Origin: Felis catus | Lineage: Eukaryota | Length of the DNA stretch: 64,000 bases | Assembly: GCF_018350175.1 (NCBI RefSeq) | Contig: NC_058373.1 | Coordinates: 99,574,001-99,638,000 of the forward strand | Reading direction: 5' to 3' | Shown here: in pieces, positions 51,109 through 64,000 of the stretch | How the letters are laid out: each line of letters begins with the position of its first letter | How positions within the stretch are numbered: the first letter of the stretch is position 1 | Position numbers and translations under genes: made by a program | The notes under the pieces: generated by a model | Database searches by the model: none | Seen by the model: only the letters and a program-made list of their open reading frames with translations | What the model was told of the DNA's origin: nothing

Positions 51109-54100
51109 TTTTATAGAAGTATTGAGGTGAGAGTTTCAGGATACCAAGAGACAAATCAAAGGGTTTCCTTACTGCTCTTTTTATCTCTACCTAAGACCAT
51201 GCTAATGGCAGGTCACTGCTAGCAAGATGAATATTTGACTGTCTGGAAAGAAGGATAAGCACAGATGGCTGCTTACAATACAAACTCCAAGAGTGATACC
51301 AAGTGGGGAGGGCTTCTTAAATTTTCTGTTTCTTCCCATGGCCACATCTGATCATAACTTCATCAGTTCATTTGAGACCAAATCAATGGGTAGGCTTTCT
51401 CTAAAGTATCTTTTTTTTTTCATAATATGAAATGTATTGTCAAATTGGTTTTCATACCACATGCAGTGCTCATCCCAACAGGTGCCCTCCTCAATGCCCA
51501 TCACCCAGTTTCCCCTTCCTCACACCCCCCATCAACCCTCAGTTTGTTCTCAGTTTTTAAGAGTCTCTTGTGGTTTGCCTCCTTCTCTCTCTGTAACTTT
51601 TTTTTCCCCCTTCTCCTCCCCATGGTCTTCTGTTAAGTTTCTCAGGATCCACATAAGAGTGAAAACATATGGTATCTGTCTTTCTCTGTATGACTTATTT
51701 CACTTAGCATAACACTCTCCAGTTCCATCCACGTTGCTACAAAAGGCCATATTTCATTCTTTCTCATTGCCAAGTAGCATTCCATTGTGTATATAAACCA
51801 CAATTTCTTTATCCATTTCAACAGTTTATGGATATTTAGGCTCTTTCAATAATTTGGCTATTGTTGAAAGTGCTGCTATAAACATTGGGATACAGGTGCC
51901 CCTGTGCATCAGCACTCCTGTATCCCTTGGGTAAATTCCTAGCAGTGCTATTGCAGGGTCATAGGGTAGATCTATTTTTAATTTTTTGAGGAGCCTCCAC
52001 ACTGTTTTCCAGAGCGGCTGCACCAGTTTGCATTCCCACCAACAGTGCAAGAGGGTTCCTGTTTCTCCACATCATCTCCAGCATCTATAGTCTCCTGATT
52101 TGTTCACTTTAGCCTCTCTGACTGGTGTGAGGTGGTATCTCTGTGTGGTTTTGAATTGTATTTCCCTGATGAGGAGCGACGTTGAGCATCTTTTCATGTG
52201 TCTGTTGGCCATCTGGATGTCCTCTTTGGAAAAGTGTCTAGTCATGTCTTCTACCCATTTCTTCACCGGATTATTTGTTTTTCAGGTGTGGAGTTTCGTA
52301 AATTATTTATAGGTTTTGGATACTAGCTCTTTATCCGATATGTCATTTGCAAATATCTTTTCCCATTCCATCGGTTGCCTTTTAGCTTTGTTGATTGTTT
52401 CCTTTGCAGTGCAGAAGAAGCTTTTTATCTTGATGAGGTCCCAATAGTTCATTTTTGCTTTTAATTCCCTTGCCCATGGAGATGTGCCGAGTAAGAAATT
52501 ACTGCGGCTGAGGTCAAAGAGGTTTTTTTTCTGCTTTCTCCTCTAGGGTTTTGATGGTTTCCATCTCACATTCAGGTCCTTTATTCATTTTGAGTTTACT
52601 TTGTGTATAGTGTAAGAAAGTGGTCTAGTTTCATTCTTCTGCATGTTGCTGTCCATACCCATTTGTTAAACAGACTGTCTTTTTTCCATTGGATACTCTT
52701 TGCTGCTTTGTCAAAGATTAGCTGGCCATACATTTGTGGGTCCAATTCTGGGTTCTCTATTCTATTCCATTGGTCTATGTGTCTGTTTTTGTGCCCATAC
52801 CGTACCGTCTTAATGATTATAGCTTTGTAGTAGAGGCTAAAGTCTGGATTGTGATGCCTTCCACTTTGGTTTTCTTCTTCAAGATTACTTTGGCTGTTTG
52901 GGGTCTTTTGTGGTTCCATACAAATTTTAGGATTGCTTGTTCTAGCTTTGAGAAGAATGCTGGTGTAATTTTGATTGGGATTGCATTGAATGTGTAGACT
53001 GCTTTGGGTAGTATTGACATTTTAGCAATATTTATTCTTCTAATCCTTGAGCTTGGAATGTTCTTCCATTTCTTTGTGTCTTCTTCAATTTCCTTCATAA
53101 GCTTTCTATAGTTCTCAGCATACAGATCTTTTACATCTTTGGTTAGGTTTATTCTTGGTGCAGTGGTGAATGGGATCAGTTTCTTTACCTCTCTTTATGT
53201 TGCTTCATTATTGGTGTATAAAAATGCAACCGATTTCTGTACATTGATTTGTACCCTGCAACTTTGCTGAATTCATGTATCAGTTCTAGTAGACGTTTGG
53301 TGGAGTCTCTATCGGGGTTTCTATGTAGAGTATCATGTCATCTGCGAAAAGTGAAAGTTTGACTTCTTCTTTGCCAATTACGATGCCTCTAATTTCATTT
53401 TGTTGTCTGATTGCTGATGCTAGGACTTCCAACATTATGTCAAACAACAGTGGTGAGAGTGGACATCCCTGTCGTGTTTCTGATGTCAGTGGGAAAGCTC
53501 TCAGTTTCTTCCCATTGAGGATGATATTAGCTGTTGGCTTTTCATAAATGGCTTTTATGATGTTTAAGTATGTTCCTTCTATGCCAACTTCCTTGAGGAA
53601 GTCCTTCCTTAAGAAAGGATGCTGAATTTTGTCAGATGCTTTTTCTGCATCTATTGACAGGATCATATGGTTCTTATCTTTTCTTTTATTAATGTGATGT
53701 ATCACATTGATTGATTTGCAAATGTTGAACCAGCCCTGCAGCTCAGGAATGAATCCCCCTTAATCATGGTGAATAATTCTTTTTATAAGCTGTTGAATTT
53801 GATTTGCTAGTATCTTGTTAAGAATTTTTGCCTCCATATTCATCAGGGATATTGGCCTGTAGTTCTCTTGTTTTGCTGGGTCTCTGTCTGGTTTTGGAAT
53901 CAAAATAATGCTGGCTACATAGAATGAGTCTGGAAGTTTTCCTTCCCTTTCTATTTTTTGGAAGAGCTTGAGAAGGATAGGTATTAACTCTCCTTTAAAT
54001 GTCTGGTAGAATTCCCCTGGGAAGCCATCTGGTCCAGGACTCTTATTTGTTGGGAGATTTTTGATAACTGATTCCATTTCTTTGCTGGGTATGGGTCTGT

Positions 54101-55072
54101 TCAAATTTTCTATTTCTTCCTGTTTGAGGTTTGGAAGTGTGTGACTGTTTAGGAATTTGTCCATTTCTTCCAGGTTGTCCAGTTTTTTGGCATATAATTT
54201 TTCATAGTATTCCCTGATAATTGCTTGTATTTCTGAAGGATTGGTTGTGATAATTCCATTTTCATTCATGATTTTATCTATTTGGGTCCTCTCTCTTTTC
54301 TTTTTGAGAAACTGGCTAGAGGTTTATCCATTTTGTTTATTTTTTCAAAAAACCAACTCTTGGTTTCATTGATCTGCTCTACTGTTTTTTTTTGGATTCT
54401 ATATTGTTTATTTCTGCTCTGATCTTTATTATTTCTCTTCTTCTTCTGGTTTTGGGGTGTCTTTTCTGTTCTGCTTCTATTTCCTTTAGGTGTGCTGTTA
54501 GATTTTGTATTTGGGATTTTTCTTGTTTCTTGAGATAGAACTGGATTGCAATGTATTTTCCTCTCAGGACTGCCTTTGCTGCATCCCAAAGTGTTTGGAT
54601 TGTTGTATTTTCATTTTCATTTGTTTCCATATATTTTTTTATTTCTTCTCTAATTGCCTGGTAGACCCATTCATTCTTTAGTAGGGTGTTCTTTAATCTC
54701 CATGCTTTTGGAAGTTTTCCAGACTTTTTCCTGTGGTTAATTTCAAGCTTCATAGCATTGTGGTCTGAAAGTGTGAATGGTATGATCTCAATTCTTTTAT
54801 ACTTATGAAGGGCTGTTTTGTGACCCAGTATATGATCTATCTTGGAGAATGTTCCATGTGCACTCGAGAAGAAAGTATATTCTGTTGCTTTGGGATGCAG
54901 AGTTCTAAATATATCTGTCACATCCATCTGGTCCAATGTATTATTCAGGGCCCTTGTTTCTTTATTGATTCTGTGTCTATATGATCTATCCATTGTTGTA
55001 AGTGGGGTATTAGAGTCCCCTGAAGTTACCACATTCTTATCAATAAGATTGCTATGTTTGTGATTGTTTTAT

Positions 55073-55312
55073 TTTTTATTTTATTTTATTTTTTTTTTAA
55101 TTTTTTTTTCAACATTTATTTATTTTTGGGACAGAGAGAGACAGAGCATGAACGGGGGAGGGGCAGAGAGAGAGGGAGACACAGAATCGGAAAAAGGCTC
55201 CAGGCTCTGAGCCATCAGCCCAGAGCCTGACGCGGGGCTCGAACTCACAGACCGCGAGATCATGACCTGGCTGAAGTCGGACGCTTAACCGACTGCGCCA
55301 CCCAGGCGCCCC
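55073..55312 (-). mobile_element. Young SINEC_Fc element in L1 ORF2
   Basis: GGCGCAGTCGG-type head; flanked by ATTGTTTTAT repeats. Confidence 0.96.
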
Positions 55313-55324
55313 TAATTGTTTTAT

Positions 55325-55547
55325 TTAAAAAAAAAAAATTTTAACATTTATTTATTTTTGAGACAGAGAGAGAGAGAAAGCATGAACAGGGGAGGGTCAG
55401 AGAAAGAGGGAGACACAGAATATGAAACAGGCTTTAGGCTCTGAGCTGTCAGCACAGAGCCCGCCACGGGGCTCGAACCCACGGACCGCGAGATCATGAC
55501 CTGAGCCGAAGTCGGACACTTAACCGACTGAGCCACCCAGGCGCCCC
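55325..55547 (-). mobile_element. SINEC_Fc-type element in L1 ORF2
   Basis: GGCTCAGTCGG-type head; flanked by TAATTGTTTTAT repeats. Confidence 0.96.
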
Positions 55548-55998
55548 GTTAATTGTTTTATATATTTGAGGGCTTCCATATTCGGCACATAGACATTTAT
55601 AATTGTTAGCTCTTCCTGATGGATAGACCCTGTGATCATTATATAAAGCCCTTCTGCATCTCTTGTTACAGCCTTTAATTTAAAGTCTAGTTTGTCTGAT
55701 ATAAATATGGCTACTCCAGCTTTCTTTCGACTTCCAGTAGCATGATAGGTAGTTCTCCATCCTCTCACTTTCAATCTGAAGGTGTCCTCAGGTCTAAAGT
55801 GAGTCTCTTGTAGACAGCAAATAGATGGGTCTTGTTGTTTTATCCATTCTGATACCCTATGTCTTTTGGTTGGAGCATTTAGTCCATTTACATTCAGTGT
55901 TATTACTGAAAGATACGGGTTTAGAGTCATTGTGATATCTGTAGGTTTCATGCTTGTAGTGATGTCTCTGGTACTTTGTGGTCCTTGCAACATTTCAC

Positions 55999-56890
55999 TC
56001 ACAGAGTCCCTGTTAGGATCTCTTGTAGGGCTGGTTTAGTGGTGATGAATTCCTTCATATTTTTGTTTGTTTGGGAAAACCTTTATCTCTCTTTCAATTC
56101 TGAATGACAGACATGCTGTATAAAGGATTCCTGGCTGCTTATTTTTTTCTGTTCATCACATTGAAGATTTCCTGCCATTCCTTTCTGGCCTGCCAATATT
56201 CAGTAGATAGGTCTGCTACTACCCTTATGTCTTTACCTTTACATGTTAAGGCCCGTTTATCCCTAGCTGCTTTCAGAATTTTCTCTTTATCCTTGTATTT
56301 TGCCAGTTTCACTATGATATGTCGTGCAGAAGACCAATTCAAGTTATGTGTGAAGGGAGTTCTCTGTGCCTCTTGGATTTCAATGCCTTTTTCCTTCCCC
56401 AGATCAGGGAAGTTTTCAGCTATGATTTGTTCAAGTATACCTTCAGCCCCTTTCTCTCTCTCTTCCTCTTCTGGAGTTCCTATGATATGGATGTTGTTTG
56501 TTTGATTGCATCACTTAGTTCTCTAATTCTCCCCTCATACTCCTGGCTTTTTTTATCTCTCTTTTTCTCAGCTTCCTCTTTTTCGATAATTTTATCTTTT
56601 AATTCCCCTATTCTTTCCTCTTCCTCTTCATTCCATGCTATGGCCGCCTCCATTTTATTTTGCACCTCATTTATAGCATTTTTTAGTCCCTTGTAACTAT
56701 TTCTTAGTCACTTGATCTCTGTAGCAATAGATTCCCTGCTCTCCTCTATGCTTTTTTCAAGCCAAGCGATTTTTATGACTATTATTCTAAATTCTTGTTC
56801 CGTTATATTGCCTAAATTGGTTTTGATCAATTCATGAGCTTTTGCTACTTCCTGGAGTTTCTTTTGAGGAGAAGTCTTCTGTTTCGTCAT
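55999..56890 (-). pseudogene. L1 ORF1p, frameshifted
   Basis: MTKQKTSPQKK...EQEFRIIVIK; RHIIVKLAKYKDKEKILKAARDK; ADLSTE. Confidence 0.92.
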
Positions 56891-58821
56891 TTTGGATGGT
56901 CCCTGGAGTGGCACAGTACTGCAGGGCACTTCCCCTGTGCTGTCCAGAGTAACTTGTGTTGGTGGGCGGGGCTGCAGTCAGACCTGATGTCTGCCCCCAG
57001 CCCACCTCGGGGCACAGTCAGACTGGTGTGAACTTTATCTTCCCCCCTCCCAGGGGCAGGACTCACTGTGGAGTGGTGTGGCCCTTGTCTGGGCTACTTA
57101 CACACTGCCAGGCTTGTGGTGCTGCTTTGATGGGATCTGGCGTATTAGCCAGGGTGGATCCTCAAGGATCACAGGGGCAGGAGGGGCAGGCTTAGCTAGC
57201 TTTGCTGTGGGTGGTCCCCTATTAGGGGGCCCTGCAGCACCAGGAGGGAGGCAGGCCCATCGGAGTGATGGATGCACAGAAGCACAGAGTTGGACATTTT
57301 CCCAGTGCAAGCAAGTGTGGTGATGGGAACTGTTTCCCTTTGGAATTTTGGCTGGGGGATGGGAGAGGGAGATGGCGCTTCCCAGCACCTTTGTTTCCCT
57401 GCAGAGCTGAGCTCTGTCCTTCCAGGGCTCAACAACTCTCTCTCCTGGTGTCCTGTCCCCCTTCCTGCCCTCCGAAAGCAGAGCTGTTGACTATTAACAT
57501 TCCAGATGTTAAGTCCCACTGGGTGTCAGAACTCACACAGTCCAGCCCCTTTGCTTTCACAAGCCAGACTTCAGGGACTCTGCCTTGCCCAGCGGGCTGG
57601 CCCTTCACTACCCTGGCTCCCTCCCACCAGTCCGTGTAGCCCACACCACCTCACTGCCCTTCCTACCCTCTTCCGTGGGCCTCTTGTCTAAGCTTGGCTC
57701 CAGAGAGTCCATTCTGCTAGTCTTCCAGCAGTTTTCTGGGTTATTTAGGCCGATGTGTGTGGAATCTAAGTGATCAGCAGGATGAGGTGAGCCCAGCATC
57801 CTCCTATGTCGCCCTCTTCCCCTGTCTCTGTCTAAAGTATCTTAAATTGGGAAAAAGCAATACATCTTATAGGTATTTCCTAAGCATTCAGTTTTCTCTC
57901 TTCAGTGCAATATGTATGATTTTTCTTCTGGGAAAGGTATGCAGAAATCTGTGTGTGGCTTACTTAGGAAAAAAAATCAATGATCACAATTTTCTTATCT
58001 CATTTATGTTCCAAAAGAAAGGAGAAAATAATTCATTTTATTGCCAATATGAAGGGAGTTTCCAATCTAGAAAGGGATAATTAGGCAAGGGTCTCTCGAA
58101 ATAAATCAGAATTTAGAAGGTATTTTTTCCAATAATAATGGGGAAAACATAATTATTACACATCTAGATTACTCTTTTTACTGACATTTATATTTTGTAG
58201 ATGCCATAGATATTATTCTAGTGAAAAACGATTAGCCATTGCTTCAATAATTTGTTTTGATATGATAAAGCCCTTTCCTGGGAATAATGTTTTTTTTTTT
58301 TTCCTTTGACTCCAGTGGAAAATAAACAATGCTAGCTACATCTCCATAGGACCACTAATTCTGAAGTTATTGGGAAGCTTCTGAGGTTTGGGATTAGAGC
58401 AGATTTTGATTGGCCTCACCATTTGGGAACAGTTAGTGAATCATCCTTCTCATCACTGACATCAGTATGTATGTACATATATACTTAAAAATCCTTACAT
58501 GGTAAAGGCTAATCTCCTGATTGTCACTGCCCAGAGAAAAGCATAATTGAGACTGATTTAGGGACTAATAGAGCTTGAGATACTGGGAACACATCCAATT
58601 GCTCTGAGATTGATCCCACTGGCATAAAAGTCCAGCATGTCCCCTCAAGGCTGCTCTACATCATGACCCCTTGACCTTGGTTGTTGTAGGGAAGATCCAG
58701 CAACCAAATCTTGTTGAAAGCCACCTGGTAGTAATAAGAATATTAATATTCAAGACCAGTATTTATAGATCAAGATGCTATGGAGCAGGATGAGAGAAAA
58801 TAGAATTAATTAAGGCATTGG

Positions 58822-59043
58822 GGGGGCGCCTGGGTGGCTCAGTCGGTTAAGCATCCGACTTCGGCTCAGGTCATGATCTCGCGGTCTGTGAGTTCGAGCC
58901 CTGCGTCAGGCTCTGTGCTGACAGCTCAGAGCCTGGAGCCTGTTTCAGATTCTGTGTCTCCCTCTCTCTCTGACCCTCCCCCGTTCATGCTGTCTCTCCC
59001 TGTCTCAAAAATAAATAAACGTTAAAAAAAATTTTTAAAAAAA
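58822..59043 (+). mobile_element. SINEC_Fc-type Can-SINE
   Basis: Full structure; degenerate TSD TAATTAARGCATT. Confidence 0.95.
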
Positions 59044-59439
59044 TAATTAAAGCATTTGGTACTAATTGAAGCTAAATCATTAGAGCATCTTTGAATCCAA
59101 AGAGTATGGAGAATTCCCTAGTTAGACCAGTCATTGAAATCAGGATCTTCCCTCCTCAGACTCCCAAAAGGTAGTTATCTAATCTGAAGACCACCAAACC
59201 AACAGAGCACAATAATAAACAACAAATTCTCATTTCTTTTAACCTTTTAAAAACATGTATCTTGTAGACACAAGAATAACAAGCAGCCAGTATCTTGAGT
59301 GTGGCTAAAGAAAATCATCCCATTGCACAGATTGGTGCATCGGTAGAATGTCTGTCTCTAACCTTTGCCGGGGCTTCAACGCTACTTCCTTCTTAGAGAC
59401 TTTTTAGAGCCTCTTAGCTCTTTCTCCTGTTCTCCACAA

Positions 59440-59990
59440 AACCTATTTTGAACCTCAGCACCAACTCTTCCAAAATCCCTGTCACTCCCCACCCCCAGTT
59501 ATTCTCAGTAAATGAACTCAGCTTCTGCTGTATGCCATCAAATGGAGTGTACCCCAAGTCGGTGAGCCCCAACAACCAAATCTTCACATCTGTAGCAGTG
59601 TTCGCCCTTTCACCAGCCTGGAAGAGGCATTTGCTTCTATAAAGCTAATTTTTCACATCTTTTCTATTTCCATTCCGTCCTGCCTCCTCAGGAGCTTTCC
59701 TTCAGACATCAGCACTTTGCTTCTGTGTCTTTAACATGTCTGTTCTGCTGGTGTTTCCTATCAGCATTAAATATGTGCTTTGACTTTCTCATCTTAAAAA
59801 AAATAGACCTACATTTTACTTTATCACCTTCTCCTTCCGTTCAGAGTCAAGCCTCCTGAAAACTTTATCTATGCCTGTCTTTGCTTCCTCAAGTCCCATT
59901 CACTCTTCAATCTGCTGCAAGCTGGATTATCTGGATCCAGCCCCTCTCTCCCTGCCCCCACCCACTATCATCAAAGCTGCCCTGACAAAT
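59440..59990. mobile_element. L2 internal fragment
   Basis: CCTGAAAACTTTATCTATGC...CTTCCTCA..TCCCATTCACTCTTCAA..CTGCAA.CTGG pattern. Confidence 0.5.
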
Positions 59991-60124
59991 GTGCAAAATA
60001 ATAATGCAAGATATTAATAATACTTGAAGCTGTATGAATGAATGAGGGGGGTTTATGGGAACGCTCTGTCCTTTCCATTCAGTTTTTCAGGAAACCTAAA
60101 ACTGCTCTATAAATGGTTTATTGA

Positions 60125-60520
60125 TTTTAAAAAATGAACAAGAGTTCAGTGACCTTTGGAACAATACTTAGTGATGTAGCATATGTGTTGTTGGGTGTTC
60201 TAGGAAGCATGGGGAGGAAAAAAATAGTTGGAAAAATGCCAAATTTGAGGGAAAATATCAACACACAGGTCAAAGATATTTGATGAACACTAAGGATAAT
60301 AACAAAGAAAACCACTCCAAGCCATATTGTAATTACACTGTAGGAAAACCAATGATAAGAGAAAATCTTTAAAACAACCAGAGAAAAAGATACATTTCAT
60401 ATAGGGAATTATAATAAGAATCATGGCTGATGTCATCAAAACCAACCAAGTCAGGAGTAAAAAAAGAAAAAAAAAAAGAGGATATAAGAATAGTATTAAA
60501 GAAAATCTACAAGGGAGAAG
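60125..60520 (+). mobile_element. Ancient L1M ORF1 remnant
   Basis: CAGTGACCT..GGAACAAT...AAGAAAACCAC.CCAAGCCATATTGTAAT...AGAGAAAATCTTTAAAACAACCAGAG. Confidence 0.6.
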
Positions 60521-61145
60521 CATACATATTCCTACCTAAATTCTTTATGCAATTTGGGTTTCACGCAAATATATTTTTTTTTGTTGTAGTAACACTGTAC
60601 ATGTAATTTTGTATCTTACTTTTGTACTTGATACTAAATGATACCATTTTCACATACCTGTAGAATACTCTACCTTCTAGCTTCTATTCTTTTATTCTTT
60701 CTTCTATTACCTGTGGTTAGGAGCTTTACTACAGTTTGGATTTTTTGATATTAATAGGTAGTTTTAATGGGTAACACTGAGTTCCCATGTTTTTGATTTT
60801 ACTTATTCTTGAGTGAATTTTCTGTTTCTGATCTAAATCTGATTCTTGTAATATCTCATTTGCAACTGAATAATCAAACATCACAGGTTTATTTTTTCAA
60901 CTTTACCACCTTTTCCATCTCTTGCATCCCACCCCAAAATGTGTAATTTCATCCATCCTACAGTGGCCATTTCAAATCTTACCCTCTTTATTTATATGCG
61001 CTTCTCTGATTCTTTGTAGGACAGGATATGTAGTGATGTTCAATAAATATGTAGGTGTGTTGAGTGAAAGTTGAACAAGAATTGTGTTAGTTTAAAATGA
61101 AATGGAATCTAAGACTAGTTGTTTGAAACTCAATACAAATCATTT

Positions 61146-61366
61146 TTTTTTAATTTTTTTTTCAACGTTTTTTATTTATTTTTGGGACAGAGAGAGACAG
61201 AGCATGAACGGGGGAGGGGCAGAGAGAGGGAGACACAGAATCAGAAACAGGCTCCAGGCTCTGGGCCATCAGCCCAGAGCCTGACGCGGGGCTCGAACTC
61301 ACGGACCGCGAGATCGTGACCTGGCTGAAGCCGGACGCTTAACCGACTGCGCCACCCAGGCGCCCC
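61146..61366 (-). mobile_element. Young SINEC_Fc element
   Basis: CpG-rich; TSD ACAAATCATTTT. Confidence 0.97.
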
Positions 61367-63519
61367 ACAAATCATTTTAATAATATTATTTTTTGGAAGT
61401 TTGGAAGTTGTGAAGGTTTGGGAAAAACTTAAGGATTTAACCATTTAATTAGCTTTATTTTCCTTTTCCCATATGCAAAAAAGTACTGTGTGTAAAAAAA
61501 CTAAGCGTAATTCTAAATGATTTCCATTTTCAAATGATAATAAAGCACTGTGATATAATTTCTTTGGCGTCAAGTTTTCACAGGGGTACAAAGAATTATG
61601 GTATACTTCATAATTGATGGCATCTTGAATTTGATACATAGGTACTTGAGCTCAGATGTGGTGAGAACACAATGGGAGAGTAAATTCTGGGTGTCTGGGA
61701 AATTAGAGAGGAAGACCCAGGAAGGAGGAAAGGAGCAGAGAAATAAGGACTTGAGAGAAATAAGGCTAAGCAAATGTCAAAATTTTGTGTCAGGACAGTT
61801 CTGTATATTAATGGGGTTAACACTGAATTGCATAACCCCTTGCACAATTCCCTTGTGTTATGTGGTAGTTCTGTCTTCCCAAATCATAAGTTTTGTGAAA
61901 GCACAGATGATGTCTTCTTCCCCCAGAGAGCTGGTGGGGCACTTGAGTTGTGAGTATCCAGTTGCTGTACAGTGATGGTGCTTTTTCTTCATCTAGTCAT
62001 ACACCTACCAGAAAGATATTTTCACCAAATTATCCTTTCCTATTTCTGGTCCTGTGAGTTAATATAAATCAGAGTCTTATTATGATATAAAAGGTATTGC
62101 TCTTTATTTAAGACCACTTTGCTAACTGGACGGCCCACTGACTATACTCTCATGCCCATTTATGAATATTCAAATATCACAAAAAGAAACCAACAAAACT
62201 TTGCTAATGACAACATATAAACTGATGCTAACATGGAGAAATGGAAATATTTAAATTCATCCCTAAATTATCTTAGGATATACTATACAGATTTATTTAG
62301 TTTTTTTTTCAAATATTTTAAAAGATCTTTAAAAAACTCAACACATAAATAGGGGAAAATAAATAAACAGGAGACTGATGGCAGAGAAAGCATCGGTAAA
62401 GGAAGTAAAGATAAGATTTAATTCTAAGACCTGGTAATAATGGATCAAGGTCACTTGTAGATTTGCTCAGGATTGACAATGGTAATGATATTAAAATATT
62501 TTGCTCTGTACAGGATGAGATTTTGGAGCAAAGGTCAGTGGCCAGATCTCCCATGCCCTGAAAGTACCCTTATTTTTAATTAAAGCTTGTAGGCATATTC
62601 CGGACATAACATTATTTTCATTACTGAATGTATTTTAAGACATTCATGTAGCTCAGGAAACAGATGTTATTAAAATTTTTACAGCTATCTATGTTAAAAA
62701 TATCCATGCACTATTGGAGCTTATTTTTAAGCCAACATTCGCTTCATAACAAAATATTTCCACCATTTTATGATTATCTTTTTAATAAAGTATTTGCTAT
62801 AAAAGCCTTTTGAAAATCTAAATAAATTACATTGACTAGTTCCTCCTTGTCCACATTTCTAATTAACCCATGCCCTCCCAGAAGGCTAATAAAATTTTAC
62901 TAAAGTTTCAGGACTGTAAAAATGGAGTCTAAAGTAGTGGCAAAATAACCAAACAAAATTCTAGTTAAGAGTTTAGAAGCCCCACTCAAAGCCATTATCT
63001 TCAATTTACAACCACTACATTTTTCCCCCTGGCAGCTGACCATAAATTCCTAAGACAAGAATTATGTTATGACTTTTCGTAGGAAAATGCAATGGGTAGG
63101 GGAGAATTGTGCAAATAATTATACCACAGGTTAATAATGTGTATGTTTTATATATGTATGCCTGTAAAAAGATATATAACATATATACCTTGTATGCATG
63201 GTGAAATATATATGTATTTTCCATGTGTATACATAATGTGTGTGTACATATATGATGATTATGATGAGTTCACCATATGGCGAAGAGCTGGAGGCAGAGA
63301 AGGAGGTCAGGAAAGTGGTGTGGGAGTATTTAGAGGCAGGGGGAAGGGATATGTGTGATAGCATGGAGGTAAGAAATGAAGCTTGTTTCCTGTGATCGCA
63401 ATTCAAAATGCCCCAAAACTTGACTCATCATCTGCTGGTATTCCAGTGGGAGGATGGAAAGAATAGGAAATTTTGGAAAGATATGTAGAAGACAAAATCA
63501 CCAGGACTTGGAAGAGAGC

Positions 63520-63680
63520 ATGACACAGTGGAGAGAGCACAGCCTGTGGGATCACATCTGACCTTGAAGCTCAGCTCCAACATTAACCAGCTGTGTGACC
63601 CTGGGCAACTTACTCAACCTCTTGGAGCCTCTATTTTCTCATCTGCAAAATTTGTGCAACAGTAATACTTATCTCGTTTG
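63520..63680. mobile_element. MIR fragment
   Basis: AGCTGTGTGACCCTGGGCAACTTACTCAACCTCT.GGAGCCTC...CTCATCTGCAAAAT. Confidence 0.75.
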
Positions 63681-64000
63681 GCTGCTGGGAATATTAGAGT
63701 CCTTACTAGACTCTGTGGATTATCCCTTTCCTGTGACTTCCACCTCATCATCTCTTTAGGCTCCTTTTCCCAGACTATATTGCCTTTTGCTTCATCTTGG
63801 ATAACTTCATGCCAAATACTGATCAGTACTTTCTCAAATGATTTTTATGGAGCACAAATTCTATAAAATGTTAATGGAATAGGATTATTTGAGAAAAAGT
63901 GCCCCCTATAGTCAAGTAAATTTAGATTGTGCTGGGTTAGAGAAAATTAAACAAGGTTCTTCTACTTGATGATTTCTCAAACCCTTTACTATGCATTATA

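Larger units (their letters stand above)
51690..55930 (-). pseudogene. L1 ORF2p, disrupted
   Basis: ITLNVNGLNAP...[59 protein letters not shown]. Confidence 0.95.
51413..57830 (-). mobile_element. Near-full-length inactive felid LINE-1 containing two SINEs
   Basis: Perfect TSD TCTAAAGTATCTT at 51400-51412 and 57831-57843 (TT/AAGA endonuclease site); ORF1, ORF2, about 0.94-kb 5'UTR. Confidence 0.97.

Noticed and set aside
44217..57830. Active L1 or novel reverse-transcriptase system
   Set aside because: Both elements have multiple stops and frameshifts in ORF1 and ORF2, and one has SINE insertions; the domains are standard L1 EN/RT.
59330..59400. tRNA-Gly-like stretch (ATTGGTG...GGTAGAAT)
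   Set aside because: Only a short partial resemblance; no cloverleaf, T-loop or acceptor stem.
134..61444. Many 60-116 aa ORFs with motifs such as AQVMISRSVSSSP or ADSSEPGACFRFC
   Set aside because: All are translations of Can-SINE copies.
62514..62533. Possible 20-nt micro-exon (TGTACAG|GATGAG...AAAG|GTCAGT)
   Set aside because: Weak polypyrimidine tract, no recognisable peptide, no partner exons; expected by chance.

Overview
Mammalian genomic DNA, almost certainly felid (cat family), because it carries about 33 tRNA-derived Can-SINEs with the felid SINEC_Fc structure and carnivore-type LINE-1s. I can support no host protein-coding exon, RNA gene or CRISPR array, so the window reads as intergenic or deep intronic DNA. 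The only ORFs with recognisable protein content are fragments of broken L1 ORF1/ORF2. Main structures: (i) an apparently perfect 53-bp x ~27 minisatellite at 8514-9942 whose junction appears templated from an adjacent hairpin; (ii) two near-full-length dead L1s with different 5'UTRs lying tail-to-tail (44217-50969 +, 51413-57830 -), one splitting a MER5A and the other hit twice by SINEs at one target site; (iii) a 208-bp locally templated insertion into an L2 remnant (30131-30338, copy of 31220-31427); (iv) older L1M, L2, MIR, hAT-Charlie and LTR relics, plus microsatellites. I do not see a new multi-gene biological system. The best leads are the VNTR and several DNA-repair or retrotransposition scars. 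Repeat family names come from recalled consensus sequences, not a database search, and boundaries of old repeats are approximate.
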